This document shows positions 12,885-26,800 of a stretch of DNA of 64,000 bases, piece by piece. This stretch comes from Lingula anatina (taxonomy: Eukaryota > Animalia > Brachiopoda), in the NCBI GenBank assembly GCA_051362555.1, contig CM120640.1, positions 32,569,967-32,633,966 on the forward strand. The letters run 5' to 3'. Numbering within the stretch: position 1 is the stretch's first letter; each line of letters opens with the position of its first letter. Under the pieces are notes generated by a model. It saw nothing but the letters and a program-made list of their open reading frames with translations, was not told the DNA's origin and made no database searches. The position numbers were made by a program, and so were the translations under genes.

Positions 12885-15800
12885 TTAGTCTGCCTCAGCA
12901 GAAGGGCATCCACCATTTGGTGCCTTGATGTCCTTGGTAGCGATATACAGAAATGGATCCAAACTGCCGTCCTAAAAGTAGACAGTTTGTAAAACATTTA
13001 CACTTGATTGAACTATTGGTGTAACCTTGAACGAATGATATGATATTGTCAGTCTCAATGATATCCTGATCATTTAAATCTGATTAGCATGGGTCGTATA
13101 CATTGGTTCAGTCATCTGACTACCAGTTGTTTCAGTCATCTGACTACCATCTGTAACGTTACGTTATGGTTGCAATTTAAATTGAGACATATTAGTGAGT
13201 CAAGGTCATGAAATAATGCCGTTTGTGTTGAAAGACCTATATCATTATTTGTCATTAGAAAATGCTTACTGCTCCTTTCTTAATTTCAACATCTGTAGAC
13301 GACCTTGAAAGCCAATGGGCACCTCAACTACCAGTATAGACACCTTCGCATGTCTCGTGAGAAAATGTTAATCTTCAAGGAGGGCAACTCATACGCAAAG
13401 ACACTAGCAGCGGTTTCCACAGATGATATGTTGGGAAAACAGAACACCTTTATGATTTGTTTTTTAGATCAACAGATATTTGGACCCGCGAGTCTCTGCT
13501 TTATCGATCTGTTGATTCCTCATAGTGTACTATTGCAATCTTTTAATGCTTCAAACCAATGAACAATTGGGCTATCTACACGCATGATTTCATTAATGAT
13601 CGTACGACTTTGCGTAATTGAACAAAAAAAATTATCTTACCTTGTCTACTTCCTGCGTCTGGTTGTCAGGAAGGGGGTTAAAGATGAACCAATCTGCAAA
13701 CCTGGTGTTCTGAAGAATGTTTGCTGTCTGCTCATCAACATTGACAGGCTCATTTTTCTACAAAGAAAGAAAGAATAACATCTAAAAATCTGAAATTCCA
13801 CCCCAGTAGTTGCCGATTAAACTGAAATTTCAAAACTGCAAAATTCAAATAGTTATTATGGCGCTCACTGTATTCAATTTAATGAATTCAGCAGTAGATA
13901 AAAAACACTTAGAATATATACTTTGGTTGACAGAAAATGAATATCAGATATCATACTATATAGCGAATAACGCCTAAAGCAATCAGAGTTGGGCGAATTA
14001 TAAATTACTCACAGTGTCGGTACTTTTTATTTGATTGCTCCTGTTCTCATAAAAAAATGTGGGTACTTATGTTTCCTCAAGTTTGCGAAGGTTAGACTCT
14101 GATTATGATGGGTTAAAACATACTGTATAATCCTCAACTTATAGTCTGAATTCAACAAACATTTATTCGTAAACGATGCCACAAACTTCATATAAGAAAC
14201 TGTCAATTTTGATTGTCAAAAGTTGGTGCGACTATCTCTTGATCTTGGGTGTTTATTATACAAATGGTGCCAACATTGCCAATTGTGGTTTGACTGAATG
14301 CCCCGTCAAGAAACTGGTGTACGGGAACACTCAAAAGTAGACAAACTGGTTCTTTACCATCCATGTGTAATGGATTTGGCCACCATGCCGTAAGACACAC
14401 CCACACAGATGTTGGTCTTGTTATCTTGCAATTTATGGTATTACTGGTGATAATGTTGGATGCTGAATTACATCTCCATGGGAACACATCACTCATTGTA
14501 AAGCAATGCCATATCCAGTACGAGTAAATTATTTTAATTACAGTGTTCCACGTAACTTTTAGAATCGAAACCTAACCTGAATACCAACCTACTCAAAACC
14601 TGTGTTGCGTAAAGAGTTATCTCAATAATTACCGTCAGTACCTACACACAATGGACAATAGAAGTGTCACGTACCCCTACTGAACCAATGCTTTGGGGGA
14701 GATAAATGACTGTGGAATGATATGCACCTGGTATCATTTTATTAACATCAAATTTCACAAAATAAAATAAAATAAAATAAAATAAAATAAAATAAAAACA
14801 CAAAATGTAGGCCATGCATTATAACTACTCAAGATCTGCCTACTTTGATTATTGATTACTTGATTATTATTTGATTACTCTGATTCAGGGGGTGACACTT
14901 CTATTGTCCATTGTGTGTAGCTTTCTTCATCTAGTGGTTTACCACAGTGATAACAGTAACAAAAGACGGTTTGGTGTAAACAAGGCAGCAAAGCTGTCAA
15001 ATGTACAGACAAAAAAATAGAAAATAAAGATGCAAAAATAGGTCATTTTGTCAATTTTGATGCAATAATAAATAATGCTTATAATAGCGCAGTCAGTCAA
15101 CACTGAATTTTAATCATGCACAACTGGTAACATGGTGTTTAGACCAGTAAAGTTTAATATTAATAAAAATGAAAATTGATTCAATCAGAGTCGCGGGCTT
15201 AAGCACGCAACTCGTAATTTGTTTTGTTATAGTGAAATATGAGGACAACGGTCTGGAGCTTTCGAACGTTTATTCACCAACTATCTCTTCATACAGCTTC
15301 ACACAAATTTATACTCAATTTTTTCCGTACTGATCATGTATTTACTTGTTTTCTTTTCCATTGTCTTTGCGTGATTACAAAATTTTTTCCCCCATGCAAC
15401 ATTTCCTTATTAGGTAATCCCTAAGAGACTTGTTTTCAATTAAAGATATCTAAAATATTATTTGGATTACTCATGCTTAGACCTTATCTGAAACTCAGTT
15501 ATCATGCAATAAACAGTGGATCAAAATTAAAGGGATAATAACTCTTCGTATGAGGTCTATATTTCACAATAAAAACATTGTGAATAACTCATAGAAATAT
15601 CTATTCTGTTTTACGTCAAAAACGGCAATTATAGCTATTATTCTGATATCTGAGCTTGTCTTCAGATCACGTGACCTCCATTTATTGCTATACTATGTTA
15701 TAATCTCTTAAGAGATTTTAACGAAAAACCAAACTTAAAAAAAAAAAAAACAGGGACTAACTTTGAATGTAAAAATAGATTCATTAACCATTGGTAATTA

Positions 15801-18800
15801 TGGGAAAATTGTTGTTTACTTCAGGAAAATTCATTTTTTGGCCAAAACGAAGAGTTATTATCCCTTTAAAATATGTTATGAAATTATCCAATCACATTAA
15901 CTGTTACTGACTTTGACCTTTGTCATCTTTTCCTGACACTAAAAACATGTTCTACACTTGTTGACTCCAGGGGCGTAACCAGACCTTTAAAAATTGTACG
16001 CACAGATTTTTAAAATTCCCAGCAAAATGTAGACTAACGCAAGAGATGAAGGACACCGTAATTACAGCATATGTACCACACATCGCAGCTTAATTTCCAT
16101 TAATAATAACATCATTATTTAGTCGGAAATTTTCTCGCAATTGAAAAAGTTTCAATATTCCTATTACCCAGTTATATTTATTTAAAAGGAGGCTAGCTTT
16201 GCATATGATGTTGAACCCCCTTCGAATAATCCTGGATCCACCTCTGAGTTGAACTAACATACAGTTTCATTCACCTTACATGTGGATGCATGGCTCCCAA
16301 AAACAACCAATTGTACGACACGACAGAGCTCTGATACATCTTAGTTTATTATTTGTTTGTAAAAATTGCTCATGTCACCCTGTTAGTTTGGAGGGGTAAG
16401 CTGGGTCAAGTCCATGTCAAAATTCTTTGAAGCTTTGCAGGAGAAATTCTTCCTTTGTTTCTCTAGCTCCTTCTTAAACCTGGTGTCCAGATTTTATCTA
16501 GTGCCCCCAGGGTTGCAGGAGCTGCTGTTTGAAAGAGGTAAAGGTAAAGGAAGTTTCAGTTAGATGGAGGATTAAGATAGGACTTGTTCAGGTTACAGGC
16601 ATTGTTTACCTCAGTTTGCAAGACGAGGGGGGGGGGGGTCAGAACAATTGTGCCTTTAGAATTGATACAGATGACTTTAATAAGCAGAGGATTTTCTTTT
16701 ATATTCCGTGAAAAATAAAATAATATCATGGTTGGCCAAAAAATTGTACGCACAGTGCATCCGTGCGTATGCCTAGTTACGCCCATGGACTCTTGGTGAA
16801 ACTTAACTCCCTCTCAATAACTCTCTATCATTTTACTCTTTTGATTCCGCTTTAATTGTTATCTGTAATTAGTGAAAGCGTAAGTCATTCGCTTTACAAC
16901 AATTTCAATAGAAGTAAGATATCTCTTATCTAACGTTAATAGACTCTTTTTTCCTTTATCTCATCTTCTATAATTGTAGCATATTCACAGTAAAGATAAA
17001 TGTCTGTCACGCCAAGTTTAAGTATAAAATCGGGCTACGACCTGACAATAAAGGAGTTTTGATTTTGGTAACTAAACGGTGGTGTTGTGTTACTTTTCTC
17101 TCTGGGCATAACCCAAGTCAGGAATCGTGTACCGTACCTAGAATCTTCCAGCATAGGATTAGAGTCCCTAGCGTACAGATTATACCCGTGGTATATCCAA
17201 GAACCTAGTACAATGGTCAGTAACAGGAGCGGATCCAGGGATATTTTCTGACAGTATTCCAAAGTACTAGTATCTTTGTTGATCCATCCTCCAATAGACC
17301 CAGAAAAACCCAGAAAATGGTCTCAATCCACCCCTTCAATGAGATTACAGTTTCAAGACCATGAGAGTTCAAATTCACATAATGAAAGTCCCAATATTTG
17401 AAAAAATGATGACAGTGCATAAAGTAATATTACATGATGCTTAAAGACATAAATACCAATACAACTGCTTATGTGGAAATACAGAAAATGTGCAGAGCCT
17501 CAGGTGTATCACAGGGGACATTTTGGTCTGAGTTACTTCTCCAGCAGGTAACACAACAGCAGTGATATGTTTTCCAGAGATCAACTACAAACTGACTGAT
17601 CTCTACGTTTATTTCTCTGGCTGAGAGATCTGGAGTCTCCTAAGACAGCAGGGACAATCCAGCTATCGGTTCAACTGACCAAACTCACTCTGATCAGCTC
17701 TGATCTCCAATCTCTGATTACAATACAAGTTCTTCTTCTTATATACTAATACACACAAAATGCATTACAGTGAATCCTAAAACAAGTCAGAAATATTGAA
17801 GCCAATTAACAGAATTAAGACATATTAATTACTAGTGACTTTAACATAATTAAATTCAGACTGCTTTAAACTTTAACTTGGAGATGAAGCTGTAAATAAA
17901 GTTATTAAATCCTTTTAAAACTGAAAACATCCTTTAAAACTTGGTTACAGTTCTTTCCAATGAACAAAATACATTAACAGATTCATGTAATATCATCTTT
18001 TTAATTTGATTTCAAATGTGAAGGTTTCTAAAATGAAGTTTGGTCGTGAAATCACCACTATGACAGGTGGATGGGAGTTCAAGGTCACATCATAAAAAAT
18101 TTTACATAAAACAAAACAATCAATTTACTGTCATTTTTATATGACCAACTGAGAAAAATGTTGCCTAAGGAAAAATACCAATAGAATAATTTAAAATGTC
18201 CAATTTGCTCCATTCTGAGATTCTTAACTTAGTGAAAGATTGAATCTGACAAACTGCAATGATATGAGTTCATTTCCATTTTTGATACTTTATTACACAA
18301 TACACGATAACAGGTTTACTGTCAATTTTATATAATCAACTACCAATTTTGTTAAGAAGCAGAAAATGTCAAAACAACACTTTTACATATCTAATTAGTT
18401 CTATAATGAGACTCTTAACATGCCTAAGAATAAAAATCTAAAGAAAAACCACTTATAATACTAAAAAAGGCATAACTTCATCAAAACTTACTAATCAAGT
18501 TTATTTTCAAATGTGGATCTGTATATACTAGTCAGACTGATCACTCCTGTGAGTTGCAAGACAAAGTGCCGATCGGTTTTCCTTAAAATGCATTATCAGT
18601 TTTGCATATATGCAGAAAAAAGCAAAAAAACAGTATAACTTTTGTGAAAATGGTCCTATCAAGCTGATTTTCAAACTTGATCTGCATATCATGAATATTC
18701 TTCAGTTCTGTAAGTTTTGAACCAAAAGGTAAAATGGTTTTCCACTTATCGTGTTATTGTTGTTGCATATGATGAAAAAAGTAAGTAAGTAAGTAAATTT

Positions 18801-20820
18801 TTTTTTTTTTTTTAAGTAAATTTATTTATTAGTATCAGCATTTCATTGCACTCAGTACATTGTTAAAGGGTCTATATCTATAATAAAGGGTTTATTGTGT
18901 TCTTTGCAATATATAAGACATATATTGAATGTATATGTATAAAAGTATAAAGATGTAGTACTAAAATAGAGCTTTAAGATAAATTCTAAGTTATAAAACC
19001 AATAATGAGGTTAAAAATGGTGATTCGTTGTTATTTTCAAAAGCTAAAAGTTAATGGATAGACCTAGATCATTGACACGTATATAAACAGTATGGGATAA
19101 AAGTGTTTCTATATCTTTTTGTCCGACATTTTGGTAAAACATATCTATAAACATTCCTTAGGTCCTTTTCTATGACACGAGTGTTAGGTAAAAGATGGTT
19201 CAATCTATGTGTACACAGTTTTATCTCATTAAATAATTTTTTGCATAAGTCAGTACGCCGAGATTTCAAGGTAGGTAATTCAGTGATGTCCATTGCTTCG
19301 TTGTAAGTGAGTTCAGGGTATATAATATGAAGAGCCCTTTTTTGGATGTTCTCTAAGGCTTTAGATTGCTGTGCGGTAATTCCAGCATGCCATAGCTGAC
19401 AAGCGTACTCAAGTGTTGGTCTGAGATTGCTTTTATAAATTTGTAAGAGGTCATGTCTCGGCACCCCAGCGTGTTTGACCATGCATAAGAAATACAGTCT
19501 GGATGCAGCTTTTGAGAGAATTTTTTCTATATGTAAGTCCCATTTCAAATTAGAACTGATATGAACTCCCAGCAGTTTGGCATGTGAAACTTGTTCGATT
19601 TTTATACCATCAATTATTAGGTTATCAGGTACAGTAGGGTTTTTACTGAAACAGATAAACAGTTCAACAGTTTTTTTAGGATTGATTAGCATGTTATTTT
19701 GTTTTGTCCATTCATATAGGTTTGAGGCTGCTATGGGAAGTTTAGATTGTGTAGGTTTGGCACCTTGTTCTATTTCCCTTGGAGATGGTTGGTGAACTGT
19801 CTCATAAACTGTAGTGTCATCCACATATTTTACTGCTGGTAAAAAACATTCCATGTCATTTATCATTGTAATGAAAAGGAGAGGTCCTAATTTTGTACCC
19901 TGGGGCACGCCCCCATGAATATGGCACCATTGTGACATTACTGGTCCACACTTGATCCGTTGCTGTCTATTTAGTAAAAAGGCATGGACCCATCTGATTA
20001 ATACTGGAGGTACTCCATAGCTGCAAAGCTTGCCTAGCAAAATATTGTGGTCTATTAAATCAAACGCTTTTCTAAAATCAAGTAATAAAACCCGAGACTG
20101 TGCCCCATGAGTGTCACTGGCCTTGGCCCAGGTGTCAAATAGCTCGATTAAGGCCATTGTTGTGGAGGAACCTTTAACATTGCCAAACTGATCTTTCTTA
20201 ATATGTGGTCCTAGTATCTCCCACAGCCATGTAAAAATGAATGTGAAAAGTGAAAAAACAGCATAATTTTTATAACAAGGCAGCAAAGCTGTCAAATGTA
20301 CAGACAAAAACCAGAAAATAAAAACGCAGGAAATAGGATACTGTCAATTCTGATGAACTAATGTATTATGCTTACTGTAACTGCATAGCCAACATCAAAA
20401 TCTTATTCTGCATAACATTGGATTAGGATGAAAGTAAAATGTGTATCAAGCATTAGACTAAGTTCCCATACCTAGATCAATCTAACAGGATCAATCCAAC
20501 TCCAAGGGGTTTCTCACTAAATTGCTTTCAGTTTGATAGTCTTAGGATTCTGGCATGCCAGTTTCAGTAGGCGTGACAGACAACTAAGCCACTTACATTG
20601 ATTGCAATTTAGCGAGAATTCCCATGGAGATAGATCGATCCACAGTTAGCGTGATAGGGTCTGGAAATAGTCCCTAAGGTGTCAGGCTGATAAGAGTTAA
20701 ACTTTGGAAATGCCAGAATGAGGTACAGTGAAAATTACACACAAAAAAAATTGCTTAAACTCATTTTCAAGTTGTGACTTATCACTCCCATCTGCCAGGA
20801 GCCCTGTACTCTTACTTTGT

Positions 20821-20891
<71 letters not shown>

Positions 20892-23800
20892 AATTTTTTT
20901 TTTTATTGCCTGTATGTCAATCTTAAGAATCATTCTTGTAACTTAACAAAATACAGAAAATGTAACAAAGTAAGAGTACAGGGCTCCTGGCAGATGGGAG
21001 TGATAAGTCACAACTTGAAAATGCCAGTATAGCACTCTATAAACCTGCATTGCCTCCAAACAGAAAACAATCACACTGGTTTTCAAACACAAGCTGCGCA
21101 CTTCTGTCTTATGAAACTTTTCACTAAGTTTCAGTATCGTAAGTAACATGGTTTTCCCTTAATCGCTATCCTGGCAGCAGTGTCCAAAATAGGGTTTTCT
21201 TCAACTTTCATGCAATAAAACATAATACTTAACAGCATTATGACCATCAAATTTTTTATAAAAAAATAAAAGTATCATGAATATTTAGAAAATGTGATTT
21301 GGGAAGGTCTTCAAGGCCATGGAAGTTCAGAGTCACACTTTCAAAATGCCAAAATGTAAACAAGAGATAACTGTACTGAAATGATTTTCTTTCCATTTTC
21401 AACACCTTTTTTAAAACAAAATGATCAATAAACTGTCATTTTTAAATGTTCAACTAGGAAAATTGTTGACATAGGAAAAATATCAATAGAACAATTTTCA
21501 ATGTCCAATTTGCTCCATTTGCAGATGCTGAACATAGTGAATGATTAAATCTGACAAACTGCAATGATGAGTTCCTTTCCATTTATGATACTTTATTACA
21601 CAATGCACAATATTATAACAGGTTTACCGTCATTTTTATATAATCAACAAACAATATTGTTAAGAAGCAGAAAATGTCAAAACAACACTTTTACATATCT
21701 TATTAGTTCCATAATGAGACTGTTAACATGCCTAAGAATTAAATCTGAAGAAATAACAATTATATACAAAAATACAGAAAATGCACAGCACTTCTGGTGG
21801 ATGGGAGTATAAAATCACATCTTGAAGGTGCTAGTGTTTGAAAAATTTTAAATAAAACGTAAAAAAATACAATAAAGCTGCTATTCAAACTTTTAATCTA
21901 GCTGTATTAACTTGATATTAATAACCCCACCAAGTTTGAGAAAAATAAAGCACTGATATTCATCTATAGCATGTTGGCATAACACATTCTTTTTGTTGTA
22001 AATTTATTTGCAATGTTAAACACCATTTATCTGCACAATTATCACCAAATCCCAATTTTGTGACACAGTTAAGAGAGCTAAACCTATGGGACTTTACAGG
22101 GAAATCTCAAGGAGTGTATTATGTAATCTCATTTAATGACCAATTGAAAATTAATGAGTAGGCAAGTGACTTTATAGACCTTAATTTAATTAGTGATCAC
22201 CCAAAGGACAATTTTATAGACTGCCATCCATACAGTACCATCATATAGCACAAAGGTGTTGCATACATGCTGAAAAAAGTGAAAAAACAGCATTACTTCC
22301 CTAAAAATGACCCGATCATGCTGATTTTCAAACTTGACCTGCGTATTATGAATATTCATTAGTTCTGCAAGTTTCAAACCAAAAGGTAAAATGGTTTTCC
22401 ACTTATCATGTTATCAGTGTTGCATATATGCTGAAAAAAGTGAAAAACAGCATAACTTCCCTAAAAATGACCCAATCATACTGATTTTCAAACTTGACCT
22501 GCGTATTATGAATATTCATCAGTTCTGTAAGTTTGAAACCAAAAGGTAAAAAGGTTATTCACTTATCGTGTTATCGGTGTTATAATAATGCAAAAAAAAG
22601 TGAAAAAACAGCATAACTACCCTAAAAATGACCCGATCATGCTGATTTTCAAACTTGACCTGCGTAATATGAATATTCATTAGTTCTGCAAATTTCAAGC
22701 CAAAAGGTAAAATGATTTTTCACTTATCATGTTATCAGTGTTGCATATATGGTGAAAAAAGTGAAAAACAGCATAACTTCCCTAAAAATGACCCGATCAT
22801 GCTGATTTTCGAACTTGACTTGCGTAATATGAATATTCATCAGTTTTGTAAGTTTCAAGGGAAAAGGTAAAATGGTTTTCCACTTATCTTGTTTTCGGTG
22901 CTGCATATATGCTGAAACAAGACGGCACTGTTCTGCAATGGGTTTACTTCCATTTTTAAAACACTTTTTTAACATAAAACAAAATAAACAGTTTTCTACC
23001 ATTTGTATATGATCAACTAAGAAAATTGATGAGATGGGAAAAATATCAATAGAACAGTGTTAAATGTCCAATTTCCTCCATTCTGAGATAATGAATATAG
23101 TAGATGATTGAATCTGACAAACTCCAATGATATTTGTTTATTTCCATTTTTGACACTTTATAACATAATACACAATAACAAGTTTACCATCATTTTTACA
23201 TAATCAACTAACAATGTTATTAAGATGCAGGAAATGTCAAACAAACACTTTTACGTATCTTATTAGTTCAATAATGAGACTGTTAACATGCCTAACAATT
23301 GAATCTGAGGAAATGTGAAAAAACAGCATAACTTCTAAAAGAATGGCCCGATTATGCTGATTTTGGAACTCAACCTGCATTCTAGTTAGTTTGACTACTC
23401 CTGTGAGTATAATGACAATTGGCCTATCTGTTTTTCTTATATTGTGTTATTAGCGTTGCATATATGTTGAAAGAAGTGAAAAAACAGCATAACTTCCCTA
23501 AAAATGGCCCGATCATGCTGATTTTTTAACTTTATCTGCGTATTATGAATATTCATCAGTTCTGTAAGTTTCAAGCCAAAAGGTAAAATGGTTTTCCATT
23601 TATGGTGTTATCGGTGCTGCATATATGCTGAAAAAAGAGAAAAAATAGCCTAAATTCACTAAAAATGACCCGATCATGCTGATTTTCGAACTTGACCTGC
23701 GTAATATGAATATTCATTAGTTCTGCAAATTTCAAGCCAAAAGGTAAAATGATTTTTCACTTATCGTGTTATCGGTGTTGCATATATGGTGAAAAAGTGA

Positions 23801-26800
23801 AAAAACAGCATAAATTCCCTATAAGTGACCCCATCATGCTGATTTTCGAACTTGACCTGCGTATTACGAATATTCATCAGTTCTGTAAGTTTCAAGCCAA
23901 AAGAAAAAACAGTTTTCCACTTATCATGTTATCGGTAAAAGTGCATGACGACGGCGACGACAGACGCAGATGATGGCTATATGTACAGACACATCTGTGT
24001 CTGTACATAAAAATGAGTTAAAAATCGATGAAAACAGTTCAACGTATCGTTATTAAGAAAAGCATCAGTTTGCCTATGGAATCCACCAATTATGTCTGAA
24101 ATTATAGGATTAATAAGAATCTTGCTGGTCCAGTTAGTCCACTTGAGGTTTTTCAGTAGTTTTATCGTAAAACACATTCATTTTAACGTCAACTCACTTT
24201 CATGCAGAGCATTGACTTCTAATGCATACAAACCAGAAGAAGATAATTTTGACACGCTGAAGCATCCATCTATGTAGATCTACTGGTTGTCTTCAAAAAT
24301 TTTATTACAAACCATGCCATATAACCAAACTGTTTGTTTGTCTACCTTACCTTTTCAATATATATTCGACATTTATTCTCCCTCCAAAGGAAAATATTTA
24401 AACAATTTTCAGTCAATGTGTCCAAAATTTTGAGACAAAAACGATTGCTATGTTTAATTACATATTGAAATATTATACATACAAGTATTCCATTCAAATC
24501 GCCTCGAGTATAAGACAGACGTAAATAAACACTCGTACCTTAAACTGTCTTCTGTAGTCCAACTGGAAAGTCTCTTCACTTCCTAACACACCACCCTTAT
24601 ATATAACCTGGCATGGACTGCTGGGCTTGGCTGGAAGCTTGAACAGGCGATACTCAGCAGACACATACTGGTGGCCCTCTGGAAATGTATCCCAGAAATT
24701 GGTATAAGTAGCTATTTTGCATAGATCCAAACACATACGGTAAAATATGTAATTCTGTTTTTATTTTTTATCTTTGTATATTTTTCAATCAACCTTATTC
24801 ATTCCATTTTCATTTTCTTTTTTTGAAATGTGGATTTTCCTAGATTATTTCATGCACATCCAATCAACCCTGGGATATATTCAACGTACCCACAAGCTTT
24901 TTTAATTCATTGTTGGTTATAGGGAATTGTGTGGCATTGACAAGTCGTGGGGTTGCAAAACCGACATTTTCTGCTATCTTGATTAAGTCCTGCCACCAGA
25001 GGGCTCCTCCAAGACCTTCACCTGAAAATGAAATTCGTGACAGAAAGAGATATCTTGTCCCCGAAACTGATTTAATTCTATGTTTGGTAATGGAATGTGA
25101 ATGTCAGTTTGATTTGTAATGATTGCATCATGGATGAAAATTGATAAACAACAGGCATGGGACTGTGTTAAAAGATAAATTTTTGTTTTTCATATATATT
25201 TCTGCTGATAGGCATTAAAATGATAAAGCGGAGAATCAAAACTACCCTTATGATAGACTATGAAAAAAGCTGTAAATAATGCTGATTCACAGAAAAAAAT
25301 CATTCAGTGAGACCTCACTTCATAAACATGAACATTTTGTACCAAGTAACTGGGGTAAGCTGTTTTTATCAATTTGTTTAGGCAAACCATTGATAACGAT
25401 AAAAAAAAAGTTATATGCTCTATGTTCCTTTGTGCCAAAATCTCAATATAATATTACCCTACAATATATACACGTGTCAAGAAAAACAGTGCAGATGCTT
25501 TTGTCTCCTCTTCCATGGTTCTTATTTTGAATAAATGGTGCATGTTTTCTTTTGTCCCAAGAGTCATCTAATTGCCTTATTAGGTACAGGGACATGAGCT
25601 GAATAAATAATTGTGTTTTGCAAAAATCTCCTCATCTCTACATGTAGATTCGCTTATGGTTTAGCTACAAACAAATGCATCCCATACCCCATAGAACCTT
25701 TAGTCTTCTTATCTTTTCTGGAAGGTCACTGTCTGCGTAAACATCACTGAAGTATAGTTCACCTCCTTCCTGAAATAATAATAGTAATTCTCAAGAAAGT
25801 CACACCAAACCACTCACAGACAGGTGTAAATAACAGAGGCAAAACTACAAATGCTCTGACCCATGGATATGTATAGACGACCTTGGCTGACATAACATTA
25901 TGTTAACATTGACAGACCCAGAATTGTATTCAGACTGGCATGGCCCCATACTTTCAAAACAGGTTTAACAGGTGGCCCTAGGATACGGGGGAAATGCAAA
26001 TCTCCTCTTGAGAAAAAAGTGAAGACTTTTTTATTCTATAGAACAACTGTTAAGTCACATTCAACTGGAATATTGCCATTGCCTTACCTTCAGTAGTGAA
26101 TATGCTCCTTGGAGAACGGCTTTTTTATCTGTTGATAAATTGACAACGCAGTTGGATCTATTAAGAAAAAAATTTACAGTGATGCAAAGCATGCCAAGCA
26201 ATTCAATAAATGTATAGAATAATCAATGAAATGTTGACAGTAATCGTGCTTAAATCTTTTCTGGATATATATATCTATGGATTGATTGATTGATTCAGAT
26301 ATTGCTTTCTTGCTTTCTTTCAAAATACCTTCAGATCAACTTTACTGATTATTTTTTACTTACACTATGATGTCAAAAGTTCCCTCTGGAATCCCCAACT
26401 CAAGCAACTTTTCAATGTATCCTTGGACAAATGCAACATTTGGCTTCTCATAGCCAAATTTATCCGCATGATAATTCATGTATTTTCTAGCAACATCCAG
26501 CTAGAACCAAAAAAATACCTATAGCATCATCAGATCATTATATAATCCATTATTTTTTATATTTAAAGACCTTCATTAAATTTTATGCATAAAAAATATA
26601 GATATTGCAAATGTGTTATATATATGACTGCAACTATGAATGTCACACTGGAACTTAAAAATCGCCAAAAACAGACCTGTTCATCTGTCATGTCTACTCC
26701 AGTCACATGGCCATTCTTTCCCACTAGCTTGCTGAGAGCATAGACATCCCGTCCTGAGCCACTGCCAAGGTCCAAAATCTTCATGTCAGTCAAACACTGT

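Larger units (their letters stand above)
14978..24013. mobile_element. Composite of Helentron-associated (HINE-like) elements carrying satellite arrays and nested insertions
   Basis: The end motif AACAAGGCAGCAAAGCTGTCAAATGTACAGAC occurs at 14978 and 20274. The other end has a perfect hairpin TATGTACAGACACA-TC-TGTGTCTGTACATA (23980-24009) followed by A's, preceded by (GAC)n. A ~330-bp block recurs three times (~18120, ~21420, ~22985). Confidence 0.6.

Noticed and set aside
14203-14496. 97-aa minus-strand ORF in AS3MT-B intron 7
   Set aside because: No recognisable motif, and the other frames are interrupted by stops. At most a decayed TE or gene fragment.
17005-18065. TGTCA...TGACA-bounded segment, possible solo LTR
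   Set aside because: No matching target-site duplication and no PBS, PPT or coding support.
22260-23935. Regular repeats resembling a CRISPR array
   Set aside because: Whole ~160-bp units repeat with no unique spacers, in eukaryotic intronic DNA with no cas genes.
24190-24450. Apparent exons with GT/AG just after AS3MT-B exon 7, suggesting a truncated pseudogene
   Set aside because: They give immediate stops and show no homology. The true exons 8-9 were found at 13757-13641 and 12971-12885.
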